Source: Phycisphaerae bacterium
GTDB lineage: Bacteria > Planctomycetota > Phycisphaerae > UBA1845 > Fen-1342
Direction of reading: 5' to 3'
DNA length: 64,000 nucleotides
Assembly (NCBI GenBank): GCA_050115495.1
Contig: JASFQK010000002.1
Span: forward strand, 128,001-192,000
The notes under the pieces are model-generated. The model worked only from the letters and a program-made list of their open reading frames with translations. It made no database searches and was not told where the DNA came from. A program made the position numbers and the translations under genes. Shown one piece after another: positions 17,562 through 25,648 of the stretch. The stretch's first letter is position 1. Each line of letters opens with the position of its first letter.

Positions 17562-18797
17562 ATGACAACGTCGCCCCGCGCTACCGAATCTGCGATCGAA
17601 GAGAAACTCATTGAGTTGGGTCGCAGGCTGGGGAGTTCGTTACGAGAGGTTATAGGACATCTGCTCGAGTCGTCCCGGGCCATGCGGCCGAGTCAGCTCG
17701 ACCACGCGACGCGCGTCGGGAAGGATGTCGCGTATCGCGTGCTGAAGGCTGTGCGCTCAGAGGATCCGATCGCGGTTGTGCATTTGCTGCCAGGACCGAC
17801 GCCGTTGCGGCGGTTGCTCCGGGCCGCGACGGACCAGGCGGTGAGTCCGCCGGTCGTCGCGGAGGCAAACCAGGCCGTGGATGCTCTCGAGGAGTTCATC
17901 GCCGCCGAAGCCGGTGACCGGGGCACGCTCGACCTGATCATCAGCGGTTGGTTGCCGCAGGCGCGGCACAAGGGTGAACTGCTCGCCAAGCAGACCGTGT
18001 TTCGGGGGATGAGCCAGATCAAGGGCCTCTCCGGCGACGTTCTGTTCGAGGCGGCATTCGCGTGTCCCTCAGCGGACGGCACGCAGATAAACACGGCGTG
18101 GGTCCGCGGCGTGAAGGGCTTCCGTCGGTGGCGCCGGGGCGTGGAGCTGCACCTGTCATCGCGGCGGGTCAGCGCGCCGGTGAACGGCCCGGTGTCGTCG
18201 AGTCTGGACGGCCGGCCGATCACCGGTGTAAGTGACTGGATCCTGCCGCAGTTCTCATCTGTTGCGGCGGCCGACCTGGAGGTCGCGCGCACGACGACGG
18301 CCGATCTGTATACGCTGCGGAGCGATACGCTCGGGATGCGGTCAGCGGAGGACATCGTCTTCGCCGAAGTGATGAGACACTCCCTGCCGCGCTACGAGGA
18401 GCCGGGCGTCATGCGGCGGTCCGGTCTGTTCAGCGAGGTGGTGCTGCCGGCACGGCTGTTGGTCTTCGACGTGCTGCTGCACGCCGAGGCGTTTCCGGAA
18501 GCGCAGCCGCAATTGCGCGTCTACGATACAGGATTGCACGGCGTCGCGGACTGCAACGATGCGACGCGCGATCGCGACATCCTGCCGCTGAACGAGTCCA
18601 TCAGCGCCGCCGGCAAGGGCGTGGACGGCCTGCGTGTGCCGGAAGTGCCGCAGTACGTGGACATCATGCGTCACGTCCTCGATTGCGTGGGGTGGGATGC
18701 GCAGGCGTTTCGCGCGTTCCGCTGCCGGATCGAATACCCGCTGTACGCGTCGCAGGTCATCATGACCTTCGAGCGCCCACCACTGCGGCGACAATAG
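17562..18797 (+). CDS. Hypothetical protein with putative N-terminal HTH (paralog of 58297-59592)
   Basis: Long ORF with end-to-end motif similarity to the 58 kb ORF (LPG, GDR.T, RG.S...G, LL.FD...H, P.VP.Y, GW.A..F..FR....YP). Confidence 0.75.
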   Translation: MTTSPRATESAIEEKLIELGRRLGSSLREVIGHLLESSRAMRPSQLDHATRVGKDVAYRVLKAVRSEDPIAVVHLLPGPTPLRRLLRAATDQAVSPPVVAEANQAVDALEEFIAAEAGDRGTLDLIISGWLPQARHKGELLAKQTVFRGMSQIKGLSGDVLFEAAFACPSADGTQINTAWVRGVKGFRRWRRGVELHLSSRRVSAPVNGPVSSSLDGRPITGVSDWILPQFSSVAAADLEVARTTTADLYTLRSDTLGMRSAEDIVFAEVMRHSLPRYEEPGVMRRSGLFSEVVLPARLLVFDVLLHAEAFPEAQPQLRVYDTGLHGVADCNDATRDRDILPLNESISAAGKGVDGLRVPEVPQYVDIMRHVLDCVGWDAQAFRAFRCRIEYPLYASQVIMTFERPPLRRQ

Positions 18798-18801
18798 CGT
18801 T

Positions 18802-19848
18802 TCACAGGCGAATCTCGCGGCCGGCGTCGGCGGAGGCGTAGAGGGCCTCCAGGATGCGGGCGACGCGCAGGCTCTGCTCTGCGGGCACGGGCGACGGGCC
18901 GCCGGTGCGGACCGCGTCGGCGAACGCCGCCAGCTCGGTCCGGTGGCCGGGGACGTCATCGTGGCTGGCGACCTGCGTATCGAGCAGCAGGCCGTGGCGG
19001 ACCTGATTCACGGTCATGTCGGGCCAGCAGGCGCCGCCGCGGGTGCCGAACAGATGGACGGCGCGGACTTCCGGCTCGCGCATGTTGAGCAGCCAGCTCG
19101 CTTCGAGTGATAGCACGGCGCCGCCGGCGAAGCGGATAAACGCCGTCGCCAGATCCTCGACCTCGTAATCCGCCGGTTGGTAGGTGCCCCACTGATTGCC
19201 GATGTCGGGTTGGTGAGCGAGCTGGCGGACGGAGTGGCCGCTGACGGAGACGGGCTCCGGGTGCCCCATGAAGTGCATCGCCAGGTCGAGCACGTGCACG
19301 CCAATGTCCAGACCCGGCCCGTGGATGCCCTGCGCCTTGGCCATGAGGCCGGGCGACGTCGGAGCCATGCGGCGGCGGAGCCACCAGGCCCGACCGTAGT
19401 AGATGTCGCCGAGGTCGCCGGCGTCGATGAGCTTCTTCAGGGCGAGGGCGGGGTGCTCGAAACGCAGGTGCTGGGCGGTCATAAGCAGCTTGCCGCTACG
19501 GTCGCGGGCTTCGATCATCTGCTCGATTTCCGCGGCGGTGGCGGCGAGGGGTTTCTCACAGATGCAATGCTTGCCGGCGTCCAGCGCGGCCACAACTGTG
19601 GGGGCGTGGGCGTGGTTCGGCGTGCAGACGTCGACCGCGTCCAGGTTCGGCTCGGCCAGCGCCGCCTCCAGCGACTCGAAAACCTGCTTGACGCCGTACT
19701 TGTCGGCGACGGTGCGGGCGATCTTCGCCGACATGTCGTAGATGCCGACAAGCTCGGCACCGGGGATCTTCTGCCACTGGCGGACGTGGTAATCGCCGAT
19801 GCCGCCGACACCGATGAGCACAACGCGGACAGGGGCGGGCGTCTGCAT
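18802..19848 (-). CDS. Gfo/Idh/MocA family oxidoreductase
   Basis: IGVGGIG, VCTPNHAH, ICEKP and DIGVH; SD GAGGAG. Confidence 0.9.
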   Translation of the reverse strand: MQTPAPVRVVLIGVGGIGDYHVRQWQKIPGAELVGIYDMSAKIARTVADKYGVKQVFESLEAALAEPNLDAVDVCTPNHAHAPTVVAALDAGKHCICEKPLAATAAEIEQMIEARDRSGKLLMTAQHLRFEHPALALKKLIDAGDLGDIYYGRAWWLRRRMAPTSPGLMAKAQGIHGPGLDIGVHVLDLAMHFMGHPEPVSVSGHSVRQLAHQPDIGNQWGTYQPADYEVEDLATAFIRFAGGAVLSLEASWLLNMREPEVRAVHLFGTRGGACWPDMTVNQVRHGLLLDTQVASHDDVPGHRTELAAFADAVRTGGPSPVPAEQSLRVARILEALYASADAGREIRL

Positions 19849-19942
19849 GGGGAGCTCCTCGCCTGGGCCGGACCCAGGGAGCAGGAATCTATGGCGGGGC
19901 GTCGCGGCGGGCAAGTTGGGCGGGCGTGAGTCTGCTGGCGCT

Positions 19943-20022
19943 GAAAAAGGGGACAGGCACCGCGCTGCGGGCGATGGTTGGTGTTCGGGGATTTCTGGGG
20001 CGCGGAGCCAGTCCCCTTTTTC
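19943..20022. repeat. REP-like inverted repeat element
   Basis: GAAAAAGGGGACAGGCACCGCGC...GCGCGGAGCCAGTCCCCTTTTTC, an imperfect long inverted repeat between divergent genes. Confidence 0.55.
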
Positions 20023-20049
20023 CGCAGGTCCCGGGCCCGTCGCGTGGGC

Positions 20050-20077
20050 TTGCCCGGGGGGGCGGTCGTTTTATAAT
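20050..20077 (+). promoter_or_regulatory. Sigma70-like promoter for sdhC
   Basis: TTGCCC-16 nt-TATAAT. Confidence 0.5.
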
Positions 20078-20149
20078 CGCCCAATCGTCCCGGTCCGGGG
20101 CACGAACCGGGTCAGACATCGTGCCGGTACCCCGACGGAGAGGACAACC

Positions 20150-20887
20150 GTGGCCACATCCACGACGTCGCTGTTGAAACGCCATGACTTCCTGCTGCGG
20201 CGGCTGCATTCGCTGACTGGGATCGTGCCGATCGGCGCGTTCCTGGTGAACCACCTGCTGGCGAACTCGACGGCCTTCCTCGGTGAGAAGGAATTCAACC
20301 ACCACATCGAGCTGATCCACAGCCTGCCGTGGCTGCTGGCGGTGGAGGTGGCGTTCATCTTCGCCCCGCTGGCGTTCCACGGGCTGTTCGGGCTGCTCAT
20401 CGCCTTGCAGGGGCGGCCCAACCAGAACCTGTATCCGTACATGGATAACTGGCGGTACACGCTGCAACGCGTGACGGCGTATATCACTGTCGCGTTCCTG
20501 GTCGTGCACCTGCTGCACTACCGCTTCGCCCACTGGCTCGGCGGGACATCTTATGCGGCCGCCCACGCCGACCCCGGTTTCTATGCGTTCACGATCGCCG
20601 GCTTCTCGCTGGTCCTGCCGACGTGGCTGTGGGTGGTTATCTACACCATCGGGCTGGCCGCGGCCGTGTACCACTTCGCCAACGGCATCGTGACGTTCTG
20701 TATCACGTGGGGCATCACGGTCGGCGACGAATCGCGGAAGAAGATGTCGGTGGTGGCCGGCGGCGTGGGGCTGGTGCTGCTCGTCTGGGGCGTGCTGTCG
20801 CTGGTTGCCCTGAGCACGCGACCGCTGCCGCCGGCGTCGACGCCGGACGCGGAAGGTCCCCCGGTGGCGGTGCTCAGCGCTCCGTAG
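20150..20887 (+). CDS. sdhC: Succinate dehydrogenase/fumarate reductase cytochrome b558 subunit (5-TM type)
   Basis: FLLRRLHSLTGIVPIGAFL..HL..N, PL.FHG, NWRYTLQRVT and YHFANG...FCITWGIT; SD GGAGAGGA with GTG start. Confidence 0.88.
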   Translation: MATSTTSLLKRHDFLLRRLHSLTGIVPIGAFLVNHLLANSTAFLGEKEFNHHIELIHSLPWLLAVEVAFIFAPLAFHGLFGLLIALQGRPNQNLYPYMDNWRYTLQRVTAYITVAFLVVHLLHYRFAHWLGGTSYAAAHADPGFYAFTIAGFSLVLPTWLWVVIYTIGLAAAVYHFANGIVTFCITWGITVGDESRKKMSVVAGGVGLVLLVWGVLSLVALSTRPLPPASTPDAEGPPVAVLSAP

Positions 20888-22685
20888 CCGGACTGGCGGG
20901 AGATTTCTCGGGGGCGGGCGTGACTAGGCTGATCAATGTATGTCCGGGTTGCGGCCCGGATTCCTGGCCGGCGGTGAACACGCTCAGCCGGCGACCCTCA
21001 CTCACCATGAAGAGCGGCAACGCGTCCGGGTACAGCTCGCGGAAGGCGGCGTAGTCGAACGACTCGGTGATCTTGTTGGCCTTCACGACGCAGCCGCCGG
21101 TTAGACGCGACTGGAGCTCGGCGAGTGTGGCCTTCGGGGCGAAGAGCGGTCGGCCGTAGAGATGGCGGGCGTGCGCCAGACGGCCGGTCGCGGTCTCCGT
21201 GACCGGCAGTTGGTACACCGCGGCGCTGCCGAAGAGCGGGCGGAAGCGCTGCACGGCGAGCACGTTCACTTCATCGTTGGGCGTGAGGGCGATCAGGCGG
21301 CCGATACCGCCGAGATCGATCTCTTCGAGGGCCTGGTCGCCGAGAATACTGCCGTGGTACGCCGGCAGGTCGGCCATGCGGGCGGCGCGGATCTCGGCGT
21401 GGTTGGTGTCGACGAGCAGAACGCGGATGCCGGCGGACTTGAGCATGGTGGCGATGCTGCGGGCCAGTTCGTGGGAACCGGCGATGAGGACGCCCTGCGG
21501 GTTGGGGACGGCCACGCCGAGCCACTGGGCGACGAGTGTGGCCGGCAGGCCGTAGATCACGACCGTGCAGACGATCGTGATGAACGTCAGCGGCACGAGC
21601 GGTCGCCCGGCGTCGCCGAGCTGAATGGCCAGCACGGCGGCGATGGCGGCGGCCACGATGCCGCGGGGGGCCATCCACATCAGGAAGAGGCGTTCGCGCC
21701 AGTGCAGCTTCGAGCCGGCGGTGGAGAGCCACACCGCCAGCGGCCGGGCCACGAATACCAGGGCGGCGACGAACAGCAGGCTCGCCGGCCCGAGCCCTTC
21801 GAGCACGTCGAAGGGCAACTGGGCGGCGAGAATGATGAACAGCGCGGAGATGAGCAGGACGCGCAGGTTCTCCTTGAATTCGAGCACGTGGCGGATGTCG
21901 GCGATGCGCTGGTTGGCCAGGGCGATGCCCATGACGGTGACGGCAAGCAGTCCCGACTCCGGTTGCACGGCGTTCGAGAGCGTGTGCGCGAGGCACACGA
22001 GACCCAGGGCGACGGCGTTGTGCAGAAACTCCGGGATCCAGAAGCGGGCCATCGTCACCGCGAGTAGTCCGGCCGCCAGCAGTCCGAGTCCGCCGCCGAC
22101 CACGACCGTCTTCAGCAGGGCCAGGGCGACGTGCGCGGTGGCTCCCTGCACGTTGCCGGCGAAGAGCACCTCGAACACGAGCACCGTCAGCAGGGCGCCG
22201 ACCGGGTCGATGACGATGCCCTCCCACTTCAGCACCGGTCCGACCGGTCCGCTCGGCCGCACGTGGCGCAGCAGCGGGATGATCACCGTTGGTCCGGTGA
22301 CGATGAGCAGTGCCCCCAGCAGCAGCGCGAGCCGCCATTCGAGGCCGACGATCAGCCGGGCGGCGACGGCGGCGACGGCCCACGTGGCGAGGGCGCCCAC
22401 GGTTACCAGTCGGCGGACGACGTTGCCCGTCGCCCGCAATTCGCGGAAGTTCAGTGTCAGGCCGCCTTCGAACAGAATCACCGCGACCGACAGCGACACG
22501 AGCGGCAGCAGCAGGCCGCCGAACACTTCGTCCGGATGCAGCAGGTTGGTGACGGGGCCGGCGAGAAAGCCGAAGAGCAGCAGCAGGAGAATGGACGGCA
22601 GGCGCAGGCGCCAGGCCAGCCACTGGGCGGCGCCGCCTAGTGCGACGACGGCCACCAGTTCGAACAGGATGGTCCCACTGTCCAT
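20874..22685 (-). CDS. CPA1 cation:proton antiporter with C-terminal TrkA_N/RCK-like domain
   Basis: AQWLAWRLRLPSILLLL, ILFEGGL, VTGPTVI.PLL, KWEGIVIDPVG, MAPRGIVAAA and ALTPNDEVN. Confidence 0.9.
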   Translation of the reverse strand: MDSGTILFELVAVVALGGAAQWLAWRLRLPSILLLLLFGFLAGPVTNLLHPDEVFGGLLLPLVSLSVAVILFEGGLTLNFRELRATGNVVRRLVTVGALATWAVAAVAARLIVGLEWRLALLLGALLIVTGPTVIIPLLRHVRPSGPVGPVLKWEGIVIDPVGALLTVLVFEVLFAGNVQGATAHVALALLKTVVVGGGLGLLAAGLLAVTMARFWIPEFLHNAVALGLVCLAHTLSNAVQPESGLLAVTVMGIALANQRIADIRHVLEFKENLRVLLISALFIILAAQLPFDVLEGLGPASLLFVAALVFVARPLAVWLSTAGSKLHWRERLFLMWMAPRGIVAAAIAAVLAIQLGDAGRPLVPLTFITIVCTVVIYGLPATLVAQWLGVAVPNPQGVLIAGSHELARSIATMLKSAGIRVLLVDTNHAEIRAARMADLPAYHGSILGDQALEEIDLGGIGRLIALTPNDEVNVLAVQRFRPLFGSAAVYQLPVTETATGRLAHARHLYGRPLFAPKATLAELQSRLTGGCVVKANKITESFDYAAFRELYPDALPLFMVSEGRRLSVFTAGQESGPQPGHTLISLVTPAPEKSPASPATER

Positions 22686-22773
22686 GTCGTTTCCCGCGCC
22701 GTCGCGCCGCCTCGGCTGCCAGTTCGCCGGCATTGTCCCCGGCAGTCGCCCAGACGACAACCGCCGTCCGGCG

Positions 22774-23853
22774 TCAGTCGCTAACGCCGCCGTACCGCCG
22801 GACACACTCGATTAACCAGCGGTAGCTGTCCAGCGAAATCGTCGGCGGCACGGAATGGTCGATGTGATAGATGTAACCGCTGCCGGCCGCGGCGACGGGC
22901 ACCTTCTGCGCCACCTCGCGCTCGATCTGCGCGGGGTCGTTGGTGGCCACGATGTCGGCGTCGATGTTGCCGATCAGGCAGAGCCGGTCGCCGTAGCGCT
23001 GTTTCAGATCGCGGACGTCGTTGCCGGCGCGGGCTTCGAGGGGGTGGATGGCCTGCCCGCCGGCGTCGAGCAGGAGCGGCAGCAGGTTACGCACGTCGCC
23101 GTCGCAGTGGAACATGAAATACATGCCGTGCTCGCGGGCGAACTCCGCCAGCCGCTGCCAGGGGACGAGCACCAGTTGCCGAAGGTTTGTCGGCGAGAGC
23201 AGCAATCCGCCCTTGTAGCAGAGGTCGCTCCAGAACCACAGGGCGTCGAAGCGATAGCCGCGGTCGTGAACCAGGGCGAGCATGCCCAGCACGTAGTCGG
23301 TGTACGTGTTGACCATGTCGGCGACGAGGTCGGGCTGGCGGCGCGTCGCTAACAGGCCGCGCTCGAAGCCGCAGCAATGCTCCAGGACGAACCACAGCGG
23401 CTCGGCCGGCGTGATGGCCAGGAAGCGGCCGGCGGCGCGGGCGGTGTCGTAGTCGGCGGCGGCCGCGGGATTGTTGAGCTTGTCCGCGCCGACGGTGAGC
23501 GTCTCGCGCAGGCGGTGCCAGTCGGCGGGATTCTGAATCGCCGGCGTAAGCACCCGCGGCGGGCTGGTCGTGCCGAGCGGCTCCTGCATGGTCTTGCCGT
23601 AACGGTCGACGTAGACGCGGCGGTCGCTGATCTGTTCGAGCGTGCGCTCGGGCAGGCCGAAGGAGGGATCAAACAGGTCGTTGATGCAGGCGATGGGATC
23701 GAGGCGGAAGTGTTCGACCGGATCGACGCCGGCGGGCAGCCCCTCGGCGTGCCAGCGCTCAAGCGTCTCGGGCCAGAACGTGGTTTCGCACATCGGCAGC
23801 CGATCGCACGGTTCGTGAGCCAGGGCCGCCAGCAGTCGATTACGGCTGTTCAC
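22774..23853 (-). CDS. Uroporphyrinogen decarboxylase-like (MtaA/CmuA superfamily) protein
   Basis: True start is probably the GTG at 23853 (MNSRNRLLAALAHEPCDRLP); SDLCYKGG, FHCDGD, HPLEARAGND, GNID and DHSVPP. Confidence 0.8.
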   Translation of the reverse strand: MNSRNRLLAALAHEPCDRLPMCETTFWPETLERWHAEGLPAGVDPVEHFRLDPIACINDLFDPSFGLPERTLEQISDRRVYVDRYGKTMQEPLGTTSPPRVLTPAIQNPADWHRLRETLTVGADKLNNPAAAADYDTARAAGRFLAITPAEPLWFVLEHCCGFERGLLATRRQPDLVADMVNTYTDYVLGMLALVHDRGYRFDALWFWSDLCYKGGLLLSPTNLRQLVLVPWQRLAEFAREHGMYFMFHCDGDVRNLLPLLLDAGGQAIHPLEARAGNDVRDLKQRYGDRLCLIGNIDADIVATNDPAQIEREVAQKVPVAAAGSGYIYHIDHSVPPTISLDSYRWLIECVRRYGGVSD

Positions 23854-23885
23854 GTCAGCTTCTCTCCGAAAGAGCGACGTAGATG

Positions 23886-24692
23886 CTACGCCCCGCAGCA
23901 CTCGGCCCAGGTCTTGGGCGTTTCCCATACGCGGACGCAGTGCAGCGTCGCCGGCGCGACCTGCTCGCACAATAGCCGCCAGATCACGCGGCTGATGTTC
24001 TCCACGCTCGGGTTGAGGTCGTGGAACTCGGCGACGTCGGCGTTCAGGTGCCGGTGGTCGAGGTAGTCGACGACGCGCTCCTGGACGATCTGCTCGAAGC
24101 GGGGCAGCGGCAGGACGGCGCCGGTCTGCGGGTCGGGTTCGCCGACGACGGTGATTTCGAGGAGGTAATTGTGGCCGTGACCGTTCGGATTGTTGCACTT
24201 GCCGAACGTTTGGCGGTTTTCGTCGGCGGAAAACTGCGGGCAGTGCAGGCGATGGGCCGCGGAAAATTCGAACTGCTGTGTCAGATGCACCATGTCGGGA
24301 TTCTCGCGTTCGAGGGAATACTGGAGGGCGGGTGTCGCACATAGCGTGAGGGCGACGAGCGGCACGCCGGCGGGCGCGGCGTCCGCCACGCGGCGCCAGA
24401 TGTCCTGCAACAACCGCTCGGCGGTCATGCGCCAGCCGTGGCGGCGGAGGACATCGGCGGTGTGGGGGATGGCATGTCGGCGGAGCAGGTCGTCGAGCAA
24501 CGCAATGTTGCAGAGATAGCCAGTGACGGGATCGGGCTCGCCGGTGACGGTCGCCCGCAACTTCAAGTAGGGGACGATGCCGACGGCGCTCGGCCAGCCG
24601 CCCCACGAGTTGGTCACCGGGCGTGAGAACTCGACGCGTCCGGCCCAGTCGCGGTCGATGGAAAAACGGACTTCGCGCGTCAGATAGACCAT
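23886..24692 (-). CDS. Two-domain 6-pyruvoyl-tetrahydropterin synthase / QueD-family protein
   Basis: C-terminal domain FSAAHRL...GKCNNPNGHGHNY...LDH..LN...ENI...ETP; the N-terminal copy (GEPDPVTG) is degenerate. Confidence 0.85.
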   Translation of the reverse strand: MVYLTREVRFSIDRDWAGRVEFSRPVTNSWGGWPSAVGIVPYLKLRATVTGEPDPVTGYLCNIALLDDLLRRHAIPHTADVLRRHGWRMTAERLLQDIWRRVADAAPAGVPLVALTLCATPALQYSLERENPDMVHLTQQFEFSAAHRLHCPQFSADENRQTFGKCNNPNGHGHNYLLEITVVGEPDPQTGAVLPLPRFEQIVQERVVDYLDHRHLNADVAEFHDLNPSVENISRVIWRLLCEQVAPATLHCVRVWETPKTWAECCGA

Positions 24693-24837
24693 CTCCAGGA
24701 TTCTACTGCGCTGTCGGCGGCCGACCAGGATTGACGGTGCACTTCCGGCCGACTAGCCTCCCCGGACGGTGATCCGGAGCGCGAACGCAGGGGGCGGCAC
24801 GCACCGGACCCGGTGAACCACAGATGAGGAACCACGC

Positions 24838-25536
24838 ATGGCATCGAAAACGTGCGTCATTACCGGCGCCAGTCGCGGGATCGGCCTGGCCACGGCGTTG
24901 CGCTTCGCCCGCCAGGGCATGAATGTTGTCGCCGCCGCGCGCGGGGCAGAGGGCCTGGAGCACGCCGCGGAGTCCATCCGGTCGGCAGGTGGGACGTGTG
25001 AGGCGGTGGTGGCGGACGTGGCGCAAGCGGCGGACGCGGCGCGGCTGATCGTCCGGGCCCGAGAGCGTTTCGGGCGGGTCGACGTGCTGGTGAACAACGC
25101 CGGCTGCGCCGTGCTTAAGCCGCTGCCCGAGCTCAGCCACGAGGATTTCGACGACCAGTTAGCGGTGAACGTGGGCGGCGTTTTCCACGTGACGCAGGCG
25201 GCGTGGCCGGTGATGGTGGAGCAGGGGGGCGGCGTCATCGTCAACGTGTCGTCGCTGTCGTCGGTCGACCCGTTCCGCGGCTTCAGCGTGTACGGGGCCT
25301 GCAAGGCGTGGGTGAACCTGTTCACGCAGGCGGCGGCGTCGGAGGGCAAGGACGTCGGCATTCGCGTGTACGCGGTCGCGCCCGGTGCCGTGGAGACCGG
25401 CCTGCTGCGCAACATCTTCCCCGACCTGCCGGCGGCGCACCTGCTCGAGCCGGAGCAGGTGGCCGAGGTCATTACGAGCCTGTGCGAGGAACGGCTGAGC
25501 CCTTGCAGCGGGCAGACCTTCTTCGTGCGCAAGTAA
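24838..25536 (+). CDS. Short-chain dehydrogenase/reductase
   Basis: TGASRGIG, VNNAG, NVSS, YGACK and PGAVET; SD GAGG. Confidence 0.9.
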   Translation: MASKTCVITGASRGIGLATALRFARQGMNVVAAARGAEGLEHAAESIRSAGGTCEAVVADVAQAADAARLIVRARERFGRVDVLVNNAGCAVLKPLPELSHEDFDDQLAVNVGGVFHVTQAAWPVMVEQGGGVIVNVSSLSSVDPFRGFSVYGACKAWVNLFTQAAASEGKDVGIRVYAVAPGAVETGLLRNIFPDLPAAHLLEPEQVAEVITSLCEERLSPCSGQTFFVRK

Positions 25537-25648
25537 ACGCGGGCGTGCCCGAGCACAAAGGGCGGCGCACGCCACGGGGACGCGCGCCGCCAACTTACTC
25601 CCGGGCGGGAAGGGTCCACCCAGGCCCGGGAAGAGACGGTTGTCTCGA

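Noticed and set aside
22774..24606. Apparent 610-aa (22774-24606) and 650-aa (41387-43339) fusion ORFs
   Set aside because: The N-terminal halves are Arg/Pro-rich alternative frames over the upstream genes; real starts are at 23853 and 42295.
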